A stretch of 64,000 nt of DNA from a virus. The translations under genes were made by a program, and so were the position numbers. Within the stretch, counting starts at the first letter, position 1. Each line of letters opens with the position of its first letter. Positions 47,027-56,395 of the stretch are shown one piece after another. The notes beneath the pieces are model-generated. The model was not told the DNA's origin. It searched no databases and saw only the letters and a program-made list of their open reading frames with translations. The stretch spans positions 21,834-85,833 of IMG/VR virus record IMGVR_UViG_3300028844_005756; one strand, 5' to 3'.

Positions 47027-49085
47027 ATATTTCTGTTCCTACTATGTGGTAATCTCTAAAGTTTTTTGTAGAAGGTGTATTCTTGAAATCATCAATATCA
47101 TCTTCTAAAAGTTTTTCATATTCTAATAAACTATTCACTGATAATCGTGTTTGCTCTACAATTCCATTTGGTTCAAGATACCATAATATAAATTGAATAA
47201 TTTTATAAGATAGATTTTTTGGTTCTCCAGAAGATAAAGTTTTGAAATAACCATTATTTTCATCACATAAAAAATTCCATGTATTTAATTTATAACCATC
47301 ATCCTGTTTAAGTATATTCTGTATAGTTACAAAGTCTCCGATTACTTCATTTATATTACTTACAGTATCTTGAGGTAGTGTTGGATATTCTGTAAATACA
47401 TTTTCATAATGAGAAAATGTTGCTGTTCCTACATTGGGTACATCCGCAACAGTAGCACCTTCAATAAAATTACCCAAAAAATTTAAATTTCCAGTTGTTG
47501 CATCATCTGGCCAACCTGTATTTTCCAGATAATTGTTCCAATTTGTTTCGTTTGTAGGAAACATTAAATCATGTAGATTAGTTTCTTGTTTTTCTTTTTT
47601 ATCTTTAGGGTCTATTGAAGTTAAGTGATCTTTTAATTTAATATTTAAATTCTTTTCGTTATTTGTATCAGAATCGTTTTTTAATTGTTTTGCCAATTGT
47701 TCATAGAATACACCAATTTTAGTTTCATATAATAAACAAAATAAACTTGGAACAAAATGTGTATATTTTTTAGATAAATGAGAATCAGATTTTGTTAAGT
47801 TATTAAAAAATCTAGAAGGTATGACTGCATTTTCTAAAAATGGTTTTTTATAATTAAAGGTAGTTGTGTATGGATATAATGGATTCTGATTGAAAAATGG
47901 ATAATAAAATTGCGTATACAAATAAGCATGATATGAAATAGGTGCAAATGTTCCGGGTGTCTGAAAATATTTATATGCTGGATGTTTTATTATTTCACTT
48001 TTATCTAAAACTGCAATTCTTTTACTGACAATTTCAGCAGATGCAGTTACTGTTGCTGCGTAATTTCTTTTGTTTCCTGTAATTAGTTCTAAAATATCAT
48101 TTAAAAATTGAAAAAATCCTGCTACAATGTTCCATAATAAAGAACCTAAAGGAATTAGAACTCCTCCAGCTGGATTGGGAATATCCAATCCTTTGATACT
48201 ACTCTCTAATCCAATAAAAGGATTGGGAAGTCCAACATATTTACCACCTCTTGCTTCAGCAACACCATTTATTCTGAGTTTAGTTTCGTATGGTTTTCTA
48301 TTTATTTTGACATTAAAAACTTTAGGACTTTTCGCACCATTTCCATCTTCTAAAAATCCTGTTGAAAAATGTTGATTATAAAAATGTTTTGTACTTACGA
48401 TCTTTCTATACTCAGTATCTGTTTTAATATCCCCATTATCTCCTAACCAAATAGTACATGTGCCGCCTGTTGGTATGAGGTCGCCAGCTAGTCCTCCAGG
48501 AACTTTTTCACAATTTATATTAGTGTTAATTTGTACATCAACTCCCGTTTCAAAACCATTCTCTATGTCACCCCATTCACCTTGCCATTCATATATACCA
48601 GTAAATCCTACTCTATCATCATAATCGTCAATTTCATTATCATCATTGTCAACATAACCACCTTTTGAATTTATTATTACTGCTGACTCGGATTTAAGTC
48701 TGAGTTCCCACGGCTGTGTGGAATCATTCGCATCATAAAAAGATTCACTAACACCCTCACTGGAGTATACTAACTCCATAGGAACTGGAGCCGGAGAGCT
48801 ATAGACTTTTTTATCAACTGCTAATCCTAAATCATTATTATAAGGTCCTAAACCTAACCCATAATTACCTTCGCCGTAAGTATTTTCATCTTTAAGTGCC
48901 GCATCTGGACACATGTATAATCCGAGATAATCATAGAAATTTTTAGAAGGAACTTTCATGATATCATTTGCTTTATCTACATTAGCATTCCATTTTTTAT
49001 TGATAACTAATTCCGGTGTTACTACTGTAGCAGTACCAATAACAGTTTCAATTATACTTTTAATTTTTCTTAAATATTGTTTCAT
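47004..49085 (-). CDS. putative virion structural protein
   Basis: 693 aa in baseplate operon; one hydrophobic stretch GGVLIPLGSLLWNIVAGFFQFL. Confidence 0.6.
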   Translation of the reverse strand: MKQYLRKIKSIIETVIGTATVVTPELVINKKWNANVDKANDIMKVPSKNFYDYLGLYMCPDAALKDENTYGEGNYGLGLGPYNNDLGLAVDKKVYSSPAPVPMELVYSSEGVSESFYDANDSTQPWELRLKSESAVIINSKGGYVDNDDNEIDDYDDRVGFTGIYEWQGEWGDIENGFETGVDVQINTNINCEKVPGGLAGDLIPTGGTCTIWLGDNGDIKTDTEYRKIVSTKHFYNQHFSTGFLEDGNGAKSPKVFNVKINRKPYETKLRINGVAEARGGKYVGLPNPFIGLESSIKGLDIPNPAGGVLIPLGSLLWNIVAGFFQFLNDILELITGNKRNYAATVTASAEIVSKRIAVLDKSEIIKHPAYKYFQTPGTFAPISYHAYLYTQFYYPFFNQNPLYPYTTTFNYKKPFLENAVIPSRFFNNLTKSDSHLSKKYTHFVPSLFCLLYETKIGVFYEQLAKQLKNDSDTNNEKNLNIKLKDHLTSIDPKDKKEKQETNLHDLMFPTNETNWNNYLENTGWPDDATTGNLNFLGNFIEGATVADVPNVGTATFSHYENVFTEYPTLPQDTVSNINEVIGDFVTIQNILKQDDGYKLNTWNFLCDENNGYFKTLSSGEPKNLSYKIIQFILWYLEPNGIVEQTRLSVNSLLEYEKLLEDDIDDFKNTPSTKNFRDYHIVGTEIYERECKN

Positions 49086-49089
49086 GAAT

Positions 49090-50595
49090 TTATTTTGTTA
49101 TAATTAAATTATGATAGTTTGGTGTAGTACCCACAACATATAATTGTCCAATTGGAGTAGAACCTGAGCCGATTGTTGTTCCTGTAATAGGGTCTGTAGG
49201 ATTTACTGTACTATTAATATCAGAATGTTTGATATTTAATGTTCTTATTTCTATTTCACCACATGAATTAAAAAATTCAATAGTAGCAATTGTATCATTT
49301 GGATCTGGAGTAAAAATAATTTGTTCAATTACTGATGTATCTATTTGTTTAATTATAGTATCAGATGAGTAATCAAAAGAAATACGATAAAATTTACTAT
49401 CAAAGTTAAATGGAGTATCGGGTGTTATCGTTGTCTCTACTCTATATTCAATTGCAATCGGATTATAGAAATTATAAATCCCTGAACTATCTTGAGCAGG
49501 ACTTAGCACATTAAAAGTAAGAACATTTGGATTGGGTAAAACACATTTTTCTTCAACAGTTAGAACAGAAGTTGGGTCTGCAACACCTATAAACATATTC
49601 ATGTTTTTATTACGATTTTGTACACCTTTTAAAAATTTTAAAGTATCATAATCGTCTATTAAATCAATTGCATCTATGTATATTGTGTCGGAACTACTTC
49701 CTCCAACCGGTGTTCTACTATAAGATACTCCACCAGAAGGAACATCCCAAGTAAGTCCACTATCTGTGAGATTATCATAAATGGTTGTTTTAAGAATTTC
49801 ACTTACCGTATTAGAAATTAAAGGTGATGAGTCAATGTAAAAATTTACATAACTTACTGCATTACCGACATTGCCTGCAGATGAAGTAATTTCAAATGTT
49901 TTAAATGTTTGTAATAAATCGCCTGTCCAATTACTCGCATTGAATTTATATGTTAAAGCTCCGGATGCATTATCAAATTCATCATATCCAATAACTTTAA
50001 CAGTATGATATCCTCCAGATGGTATACTTAGATTATATGGAAAAGTAGTAACATCTGAACCTAAAACACCATCAACTTCAATTGATGCTTTAACTGAAGA
50101 ACTTATTTCATCATATAGGTCAATTTCTAATATCGTTGGTGGACCATTAAATCCAGTTTTATTTCTTAATGTCAGTAGTGGTGGAGTATTATCCTGCAAA
50201 GGACGTAAATATATATAACTTTCACCGCCATTGCCGTCATGTGAATTTGTACCAACAAGAGAATATAGATATACAAAATCACCGATTTCTGGCCAAACTG
50301 CTGAGATGTTTACAACACGATATGGTTCTCGGTTAGTTTGATCAAAAACTGCAACAGGAGGTGAAACTGCAACACCATCTTGTTCAACTAAAAACAATTT
50401 TGCAGCTACATCTCTTGGACCTGCATCACCTTGACTTCCTCTAATTTCTCCTTCAGTATGATAACTTATCGTTGGTTGCTTAACAGTCGCCGTATACATA
50501 CGATACGATGTACTGCTATAGCTTTCTATTTTTTTCAAACCATCATAAGTCCACTCAGATGGGTTAGGAAAGAAAGGTGTTAAAGTAATTGCCAT
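49090..50595 (-). CDS. putative virion structural protein with Ig-like segment
   Basis: DNTPP...G.HTVKV.GYD..DN Ig-like pattern; S/T/G-rich. Confidence 0.6.
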   Translation of the reverse strand: MAITLTPFFPNPSEWTYDGLKKIESYSSTSYRMYTATVKQPTISYHTEGEIRGSQGDAGPRDVAAKLFLVEQDGVAVSPPVAVFDQTNREPYRVVNISAVWPEIGDFVYLYSLVGTNSHDGNGGESYIYLRPLQDNTPPLLTLRNKTGFNGPPTILEIDLYDEISSSVKASIEVDGVLGSDVTTFPYNLSIPSGGYHTVKVIGYDEFDNASGALTYKFNASNWTGDLLQTFKTFEITSSAGNVGNAVSYVNFYIDSSPLISNTVSEILKTTIYDNLTDSGLTWDVPSGGVSYSRTPVGGSSSDTIYIDAIDLIDDYDTLKFLKGVQNRNKNMNMFIGVADPTSVLTVEEKCVLPNPNVLTFNVLSPAQDSSGIYNFYNPIAIEYRVETTITPDTPFNFDSKFYRISFDYSSDTIIKQIDTSVIEQIIFTPDPNDTIATIEFFNSCGEIEIRTLNIKHSDINSTVNPTDPITGTTIGSGSTPIGQLYVVGTTPNYHNLIITK

Positions 50596-50596
50596 A

Positions 50597-51454
50597 TTAA
50601 TACATATTCTTAATAAATTGTTTTAAAAATCCTATTGGGGAACAATACATTTCCCATATGTACCTATTATTTTTTTGAATTTCTTTTAAATTTTTACTAG
50701 TAATAAAATTATCAATTTTATTTTCTATATTTTGTATCTCATCTTCTTTTTGTATGACTAAACAAATATCATTTATATCATATTCTTTTTCAAAAATAAA
50801 ACATCTATCACTATCAATTAAAATCGGGATTCTCCCCATCATTAATGTTTCATAAAAACGATAACAATAATTACCTGCACCTCTATAACAAAGTGTAAAT
50901 AAATTAGTATCTATATTATGAATAAATTCATTTTTTAATTCAATATCTGTAGTGCCTGTGAGTAACTCATTTCTTATAATAAAATTTTTTTCATATTTTA
51001 ATAAATTGAATTTATTAATAATATTTTTACGTCCATAAAATAAATGTCCGCAATAGCCTATACTTATATTATTTACGTAATTATTTTTAAAAGAATCTTC
51101 ACAAAATGCTGGAAATGAATATTCAGTTTTCTTTTGTAGTGATTTTAATAAAGCCGTTCTATATAGTATAATATTTTCATTATAATTATAGTGTTCATCT
51201 ACAATATCATTAGAAAATCCATAGACCAAATCATATTTGTTTAATGAATTTAAATATAAATCAGAGACTTCATAATTTAATTCTTTAGGAAATACTACAA
51301 TAGCATCTCTACTATTAGTATATTCAAATTTTTTTAAGCAGAATTCTTGAACTCCTTCAAATTTTTTTACTGTATGAATTATATTTTTACCATAAAGAGG
51401 TAAAACAAGTCTATTAAATTCTGAGAAATCATCATTATATAAGATTGGTATCAC
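50597..51454 (-). CDS. exostosin/GT47-like glycosyltransferase
   Basis: GYCG...R, FTLC.RGAGN...RFYETL..GRIPILI, N.R.IWE.Y motifs. Confidence 0.8.
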   Translation of the reverse strand: MIPILYNDDFSEFNRLVLPLYGKNIIHTVKKFEGVQEFCLKKFEYTNSRDAIVVFPKELNYEVSDLYLNSLNKYDLVYGFSNDIVDEHYNYNENIILYRTALLKSLQKKTEYSFPAFCEDSFKNNYVNNISIGYCGHLFYGRKNIINKFNLLKYEKNFIIRNELLTGTTDIELKNEFIHNIDTNLFTLCYRGAGNYCYRFYETLMMGRIPILIDSDRCFIFEKEYDINDICLVIQKEDEIQNIENKIDNFITSKNLKEIQKNNRYIWEMYCSPIGFLKQFIKNMY

Positions 51455-54400
51455 AACTCTTTTTCTTCAAAATCAACAATACGCAATAAATAACTATCCA
51501 TAAGATTAGGTGGAGCAGTAAGAGGAGTTTTTAAACTTAACAAAAATGTGCCATCCTCTGTTGTTCCTCCGCCATCTTGAATCTGAACTTTATTGCCATT
51601 CATTTCAATATTCACTGCCGTTGAGCCTAATTTATACTCAATACTTGTAGATACTGCATTGTAATTGAAATAATAATCAGAAGCTGAATTATCTTTTGAA
51701 CATAACGACAGTGTTCTACTGACGTTGCCTGTACCCACAGGAGCAGCAGCATACTCATTTTCACTGTTTGCTGTCACTGTCCCATCCATAAAGACAGGTT
51801 TGAAATACTTAGACCAATTCTCTAAAGCATTACCATTTGTAGCAGTTAAATAATGAGTTGTATTTTTATCATAATTATTGAAAAATATATTTGTTTTAGA
51901 GAGACCGTTTCTACCATTTTTCAAAATTTTAAATCTATGTGGATTTACAACATCAGCTACTTCTATTTCCAACCCACAATGACTATAATCAAATTCATTC
52001 AATAGTGTACTTTCTGAATAAGAAACTAAATCACCATAAGGGTCATCCTTGTCGGCTGGTGTAAATTTTGCTTTTCTAATAGAAAGAATGTCTCCAGCAG
52101 CAAATCCATGAGAAACTGGATTATTATCTAAAATAGTTTCTAAAATAATGTATGGGTCCTCTCCATCTGTAAAATATAGCTTACCAACTGAAGATGATGA
52201 TAATATATTATCAAACTCTTGAAATCCATCAACTAAACTTGGATATAAAGGAATTCCTTTAGAAAATGAAAATAATTGATAATTAAATACATTGATGTAT
52301 GAATTTAAACCCTGTGTGATATTAACAACATCTTTTGCGGTCATTGATTTTAGTGCGGCATTGTTATTTCCATCTTGAATAAAATCTTCTCCTCTATACA
52401 AAATAACTTTATTTGTAGCTGCCGCCGGTACAAAGAATGTTGGTGAATTTCCATCGTCACTACCTGTTGATGCGCTTTTCATCAAAAATTGTCCTACACC
52501 ATCTTCGTCAAATCCACTATTTTTTAAATCTGGTGATTCAGAATTTGATTTTATATTAAAACCAATTCTTTGTATTTTTCCTTCAAACTCGGAACTCTGA
52601 AGATATGGTGGGTCAAGTGTTATTTCTGTATCACTTACAATAGATTTAACTTGATGATACATTCTATAGTTTGTTAGAAGACCGCCTTGAATTGATTCTA
52701 ATGCTCTTGTTGTTTTTGCTGGTCTTGAGAATGTGGTAGCATTAAATCCATTATCAATAAGAGTATTATCAATTCGATATGCACCTTCTAAACGATTGCC
52801 ATTTATTAATTGAAAACGATATTTCTCATCATCTACATAAACTACATCTCCTATTTCAAATGTAGTATTTGCTAGATAATTTGGATTTCCAAATTCAATT
52901 GTAGCTATTTTTCTATTCGTTGGTGAAGGTATTACTGCTACTCCACCAACATCAATTTCTGTTATACTTTTGAATAAATTAGCTTTAGTTCTTACTTGCT
53001 CAGAAAAAATTTCAGTTTTTGAAGAGTCTATTGAATAAAGTGCTGTATAATTTATTCTCAATCCATCATAATCTATAGAATTTGCAGTGATATTTCCGCT
53101 ACTATCCAAAGTGCCGAGATGCGTATTTTTAGTGAGTGTGTATTGAACACCGGATAGTAATATTCTAATGTTATCTTGATAATATTTTGTAAAATCTGTT
53201 CCCATATAATAAACATCTGAAGTGCCTGTTGTGAAGAAACTTCCTCCCACTGCACGATTTGGGAAATTCAATTCTATAATATCATCTTTCTCCAATTCTT
53301 CTGTGAATATACTACCTTCTCCCTTTATGGGGTCACGTAATGCCAATGCTCTGCCGGTATAATTTATAGGAGTAGTTACTGATGATATGAATGGTGGATC
53401 AAGGTCTGGATTTAAATTAATTGGAAATTCAATATCAAGTTCAGGAACTATAATTGTATCACCATCCTCAAGAGAAGTACCGTTAATTGGAGTAACACCT
53501 CCTATCGGTCCGTTTATTTCAACAAATACTTCATCTCCTGGTGAAATTTTTACCGCACCTGTTAATTCAAATTTATTTTGTAATATAATTTCTTCACCCT
53601 CAATAGGGGAACCATCCATAATCATTCTTAATGGTTTAGGTTCAGGATTCACTACTTTAGAATATGGGAAACCTGCATTTGGTGTAATGTAAGGAAATTG
53701 ATTAGAGTTGACTGGTATCAATAAGTTTGTATCTGGTAACTCATTTGCACTAGATGAAATATCTATTGTTGAAACACAATTTTCTGTATCCGGTACATTG
53801 TTCAATAAGCTACATTTCATAAATGGAAGCCACGGAACATCTTCATCAAAGCCAGCTTCTCTATATTTTGGTATAAATGCTGTAAGTGGCAATGTCCTTT
53901 CGGATGGGTTTTCAAGAAAATCAACTGTGGAATTGGCACATCTAATAAAATTATTACTATCTGTAGTTAAACATTGTAATAAAATTGTATGAGTTTTTTT
54001 CTTGTCATCATCTGCCGTATCATTATAATAAGCGAATGCTTTTTCTGCAAAGAACCCTCCACCTATCCAATTTTCCTGTTGGGGTTCATTTTGGTCTTGA
54101 AATGGTAAAGCACCTCTTAAATTAAATCTGTGAATATATCTATCAATATCTTCTTCAGATGATATAGACTTTTTAAGACCTCTGAGAAATGCTCTTTTGA
54201 TTCCTAGTGCTGTGCAGACTCTTACAATTTCAGAGTACTCAACAAAATTATATTTTTTCATTTCTTCAATCATTAAGTTTGCATTTTCAATTATTTTTTT
54301 TCTTAATGATTGTACTGCTAATGGTGCTGTTGATAATCGCAAACTTAAAGTTTTACGTTTTTGTATATCATAAACATCATTAGTATTAAATCCAGATGGT

Positions 54401-55884
54401 GATGTTGGTGTAATTGGTCCCGGCGGCTGTACAGAACCTCCAGAGGTAACGTATGCTTGACTGAAAATAAAACATACTTCATCTCCAGTATTAACAGATG
54501 CTGTGTATTCTGTTGTAGAACCACCAACAAGACCAATTGAACCGCCTAACAAATCAATAGTAAAGGTATGTTCTCCTGCATCTTTAGAATTTTTTGTTAT
54601 TGATTGTACGACAACAATAGAATCACCAACATTATAAGACGAAAGGTTTGGTAAGGTATTAGTGTTACCATCAAAAGCCCAAATGCTTCTATAAACATTA
54701 TCTACAAAATATCCTGCATTACTTAAATCTAATAATTTTTGATTATTAGTAGGATTCTGTGAACTAAAAACAGTCTCACCTTGATTATATTTAACGTTTG
54801 GTAGAATAGGAGTAGCTGAAGTATATTTTCCACAATAAGTGATTGGATTTCTTATTTCCCATTGTTTCTGTGTTGGTGGCGCAGGTGGTACTATAATGTT
54901 TTCTTCATATGTTGTAGCATCAACAGATGTAATATGAACTAAATGTATTGGCTCATAATCATTTCCATTTAATATTGGATTTGCGCTTACTTTATCTTGT
55001 CCATAATCATTATTTTGTAATTCATTTAAACTTGATATGAACTTGCCTTTATGTGAATCATAAAATACAAAATAAGGTAGTGTAGAATGTTCCGTAAAAT
55101 CTGTTAAGATATTTCCAACTACACTGTTATTCAGTGTTTTTACATTAACATTAATTACATCCAAGTCACTCATTAAATTTACACGGGCATAATTAGGCGG
55201 TGACCAATTTAAACTATAATAGTGGAAATCTCCACTAGTTGTTATTTTATTACCTCTGGTATATGTTACACCGTCTGAACCTGTAACAATGTTAAATATT
55301 GTAGAAAAGTCATAATATTTTACACCATCTCTCCAAACTTCTTTTGGATAATTCTGAAAAGGATTACCAAATCCACCTGAAATTGGACTTCTATATTCCA
55401 TCCAATATGTTTCAGCACCTGCAGTTCTATCGTATGTATTTGTACTTTGTGCTGATACGATAGTTGGATCATTAGCAGGATTAATATAAATAACGTTTCC
55501 TGTTCCTGCAGCAAATTGGTTGGAATTTCTTTTCCAATTAAACAAAACACAATATTCATCTACTTGTGGAAAAAATACATTTTTAAAGGGAGCAGTGTAA
55601 ACATATCCACAGGGAGGAGACGTAAAATCGGAAGAATATGTGTTATGTCCGATTGTTAAATTACTTGTTGCTGAAGATTTAAGTGTCAATACATCTATAA
55701 TTTCTGGAGACGGTCCTGTTAAATATAACCATTCGGTTTTAACGTCTTCCCAAATAAATTCATTGCTACTTGTATTAACTTTAGTAGTTGATGTGATAGA
55801 ATATTTAATTCTTATTCTAGCATTCCAATTTGCTGGTTCATTTCCTAAACTTACTGAACCTGCTGATGATGTAATTAATGCCAT
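51451..55884 (-). CDS. large putative virion structural protein (baseplate/fibre associated)
   Basis: 1477 aa, beta-rich, G.G..FT.EL...D and VKSIVSDT.ITL tail-protein-like motifs; downstream of gp5. Confidence 0.6.
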   Translation of the reverse strand: MALITSSAGSVSLGNEPANWNARIRIKYSITSTTKVNTSSNEFIWEDVKTEWLYLTGPSPEIIDVLTLKSSATSNLTIGHNTYSSDFTSPPCGYVYTAPFKNVFFPQVDEYCVLFNWKRNSNQFAAGTGNVIYINPANDPTIVSAQSTNTYDRTAGAETYWMEYRSPISGGFGNPFQNYPKEVWRDGVKYYDFSTIFNIVTGSDGVTYTRGNKITTSGDFHYYSLNWSPPNYARVNLMSDLDVINVNVKTLNNSVVGNILTDFTEHSTLPYFVFYDSHKGKFISSLNELQNNDYGQDKVSANPILNGNDYEPIHLVHITSVDATTYEENIIVPPAPPTQKQWEIRNPITYCGKYTSATPILPNVKYNQGETVFSSQNPTNNQKLLDLSNAGYFVDNVYRSIWAFDGNTNTLPNLSSYNVGDSIVVVQSITKNSKDAGEHTFTIDLLGGSIGLVGGSTTEYTASVNTGDEVCFIFSQAYVTSGGSVQPPGPITPTSPSGFNTNDVYDIQKRKTLSLRLSTAPLAVQSLRKKIIENANLMIEEMKKYNFVEYSEIVRVCTALGIKRAFLRGLKKSISSEEDIDRYIHRFNLRGALPFQDQNEPQQENWIGGGFFAEKAFAYYNDTADDDKKKTHTILLQCLTTDSNNFIRCANSTVDFLENPSERTLPLTAFIPKYREAGFDEDVPWLPFMKCSLLNNVPDTENCVSTIDISSSANELPDTNLLIPVNSNQFPYITPNAGFPYSKVVNPEPKPLRMIMDGSPIEGEEIILQNKFELTGAVKISPGDEVFVEINGPIGGVTPINGTSLEDGDTIIVPELDIEFPINLNPDLDPPFISSVTTPINYTGRALALRDPIKGEGSIFTEELEKDDIIELNFPNRAVGGSFFTTGTSDVYYMGTDFTKYYQDNIRILLSGVQYTLTKNTHLGTLDSSGNITANSIDYDGLRINYTALYSIDSSKTEIFSEQVRTKANLFKSITEIDVGGVAVIPSPTNRKIATIEFGNPNYLANTTFEIGDVVYVDDEKYRFQLINGNRLEGAYRIDNTLIDNGFNATTFSRPAKTTRALESIQGGLLTNYRMYHQVKSIVSDTEITLDPPYLQSSEFEGKIQRIGFNIKSNSESPDLKNSGFDEDGVGQFLMKSASTGSDDGNSPTFFVPAAATNKVILYRGEDFIQDGNNNAALKSMTAKDVVNITQGLNSYINVFNYQLFSFSKGIPLYPSLVDGFQEFDNILSSSSVGKLYFTDGEDPYIILETILDNNPVSHGFAAGDILSIRKAKFTPADKDDPYGDLVSYSESTLLNEFDYSHCGLEIEVADVVNPHRFKILKNGRNGLSKTNIFFNNYDKNTTHYLTATNGNALENWSKYFKPVFMDGTVTANSENEYAAAPVGTGNVSRTLSLCSKDNSASDYYFNYNAVSTSIEYKLGSTAVNIEMNGNKVQIQDGGGTTEDGTFLLSLKTPLTAPPNLMDSYLLRIVDFEEKEL

Positions 55885-55918
55885 AGTTTAAACTCTTTAT
55901 CTTCTTATTTTCATAGTG

Positions 55919-56386
55919 TTATATAAGTGGTCCATAAATAGGCGAACCTAATAATTTTGGGTCTGATACTGATAGTACTATTGAGCGACATTCTCTATCA
56001 ATTGCAACTGCTAAATCTGTTGCCATAATTTCAGGAACAGGCTGTGGTGTACTGACTATTCTTACTACATCACCTAACATTAAGCCATATGGCACACTAA
56101 TTGATATTTGATAAAGTGTATAAATTGATGATAATCCACTTTCTATAGCACTTACTAATTTTGTAGCAAATATTTGAGGTACAATATTAGGAGTACTAAA
56201 AACTCCAATAATTTGAGTAAGAGGTGGACTCCAAGCTAAAAAATTACCAAATGCTACATTCATGCCTGAACGAACATAATTATCCAATCCTTGCACAAAT
56301 TCAGTTGCTGCTATGGTGGGAGAAACATTAATTTGGCGAAACGTTTTTATAAAGGGAGGTATCAAAAGACCAGCACTTAATGCCAT
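55919..56386 (-). CDS. gp5-adjacent protein with three internal ~50-aa repeats
   Basis: SPTIAATEFVQGLD / VPQIFATKLVSAIE / VPEIMATDLAVAID. Confidence 0.6.
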   Translation of the reverse strand: MALSAGLLIPPFIKTFRQINVSPTIAATEFVQGLDNYVRSGMNVAFGNFLAWSPPLTQIIGVFSTPNIVPQIFATKLVSAIESGLSSIYTLYQISISVPYGLMLGDVVRIVSTPQPVPEIMATDLAVAIDRECRSIVLSVSDPKLLGSPIYGPLI

Positions 56387-56395
56387 AATTTATCC

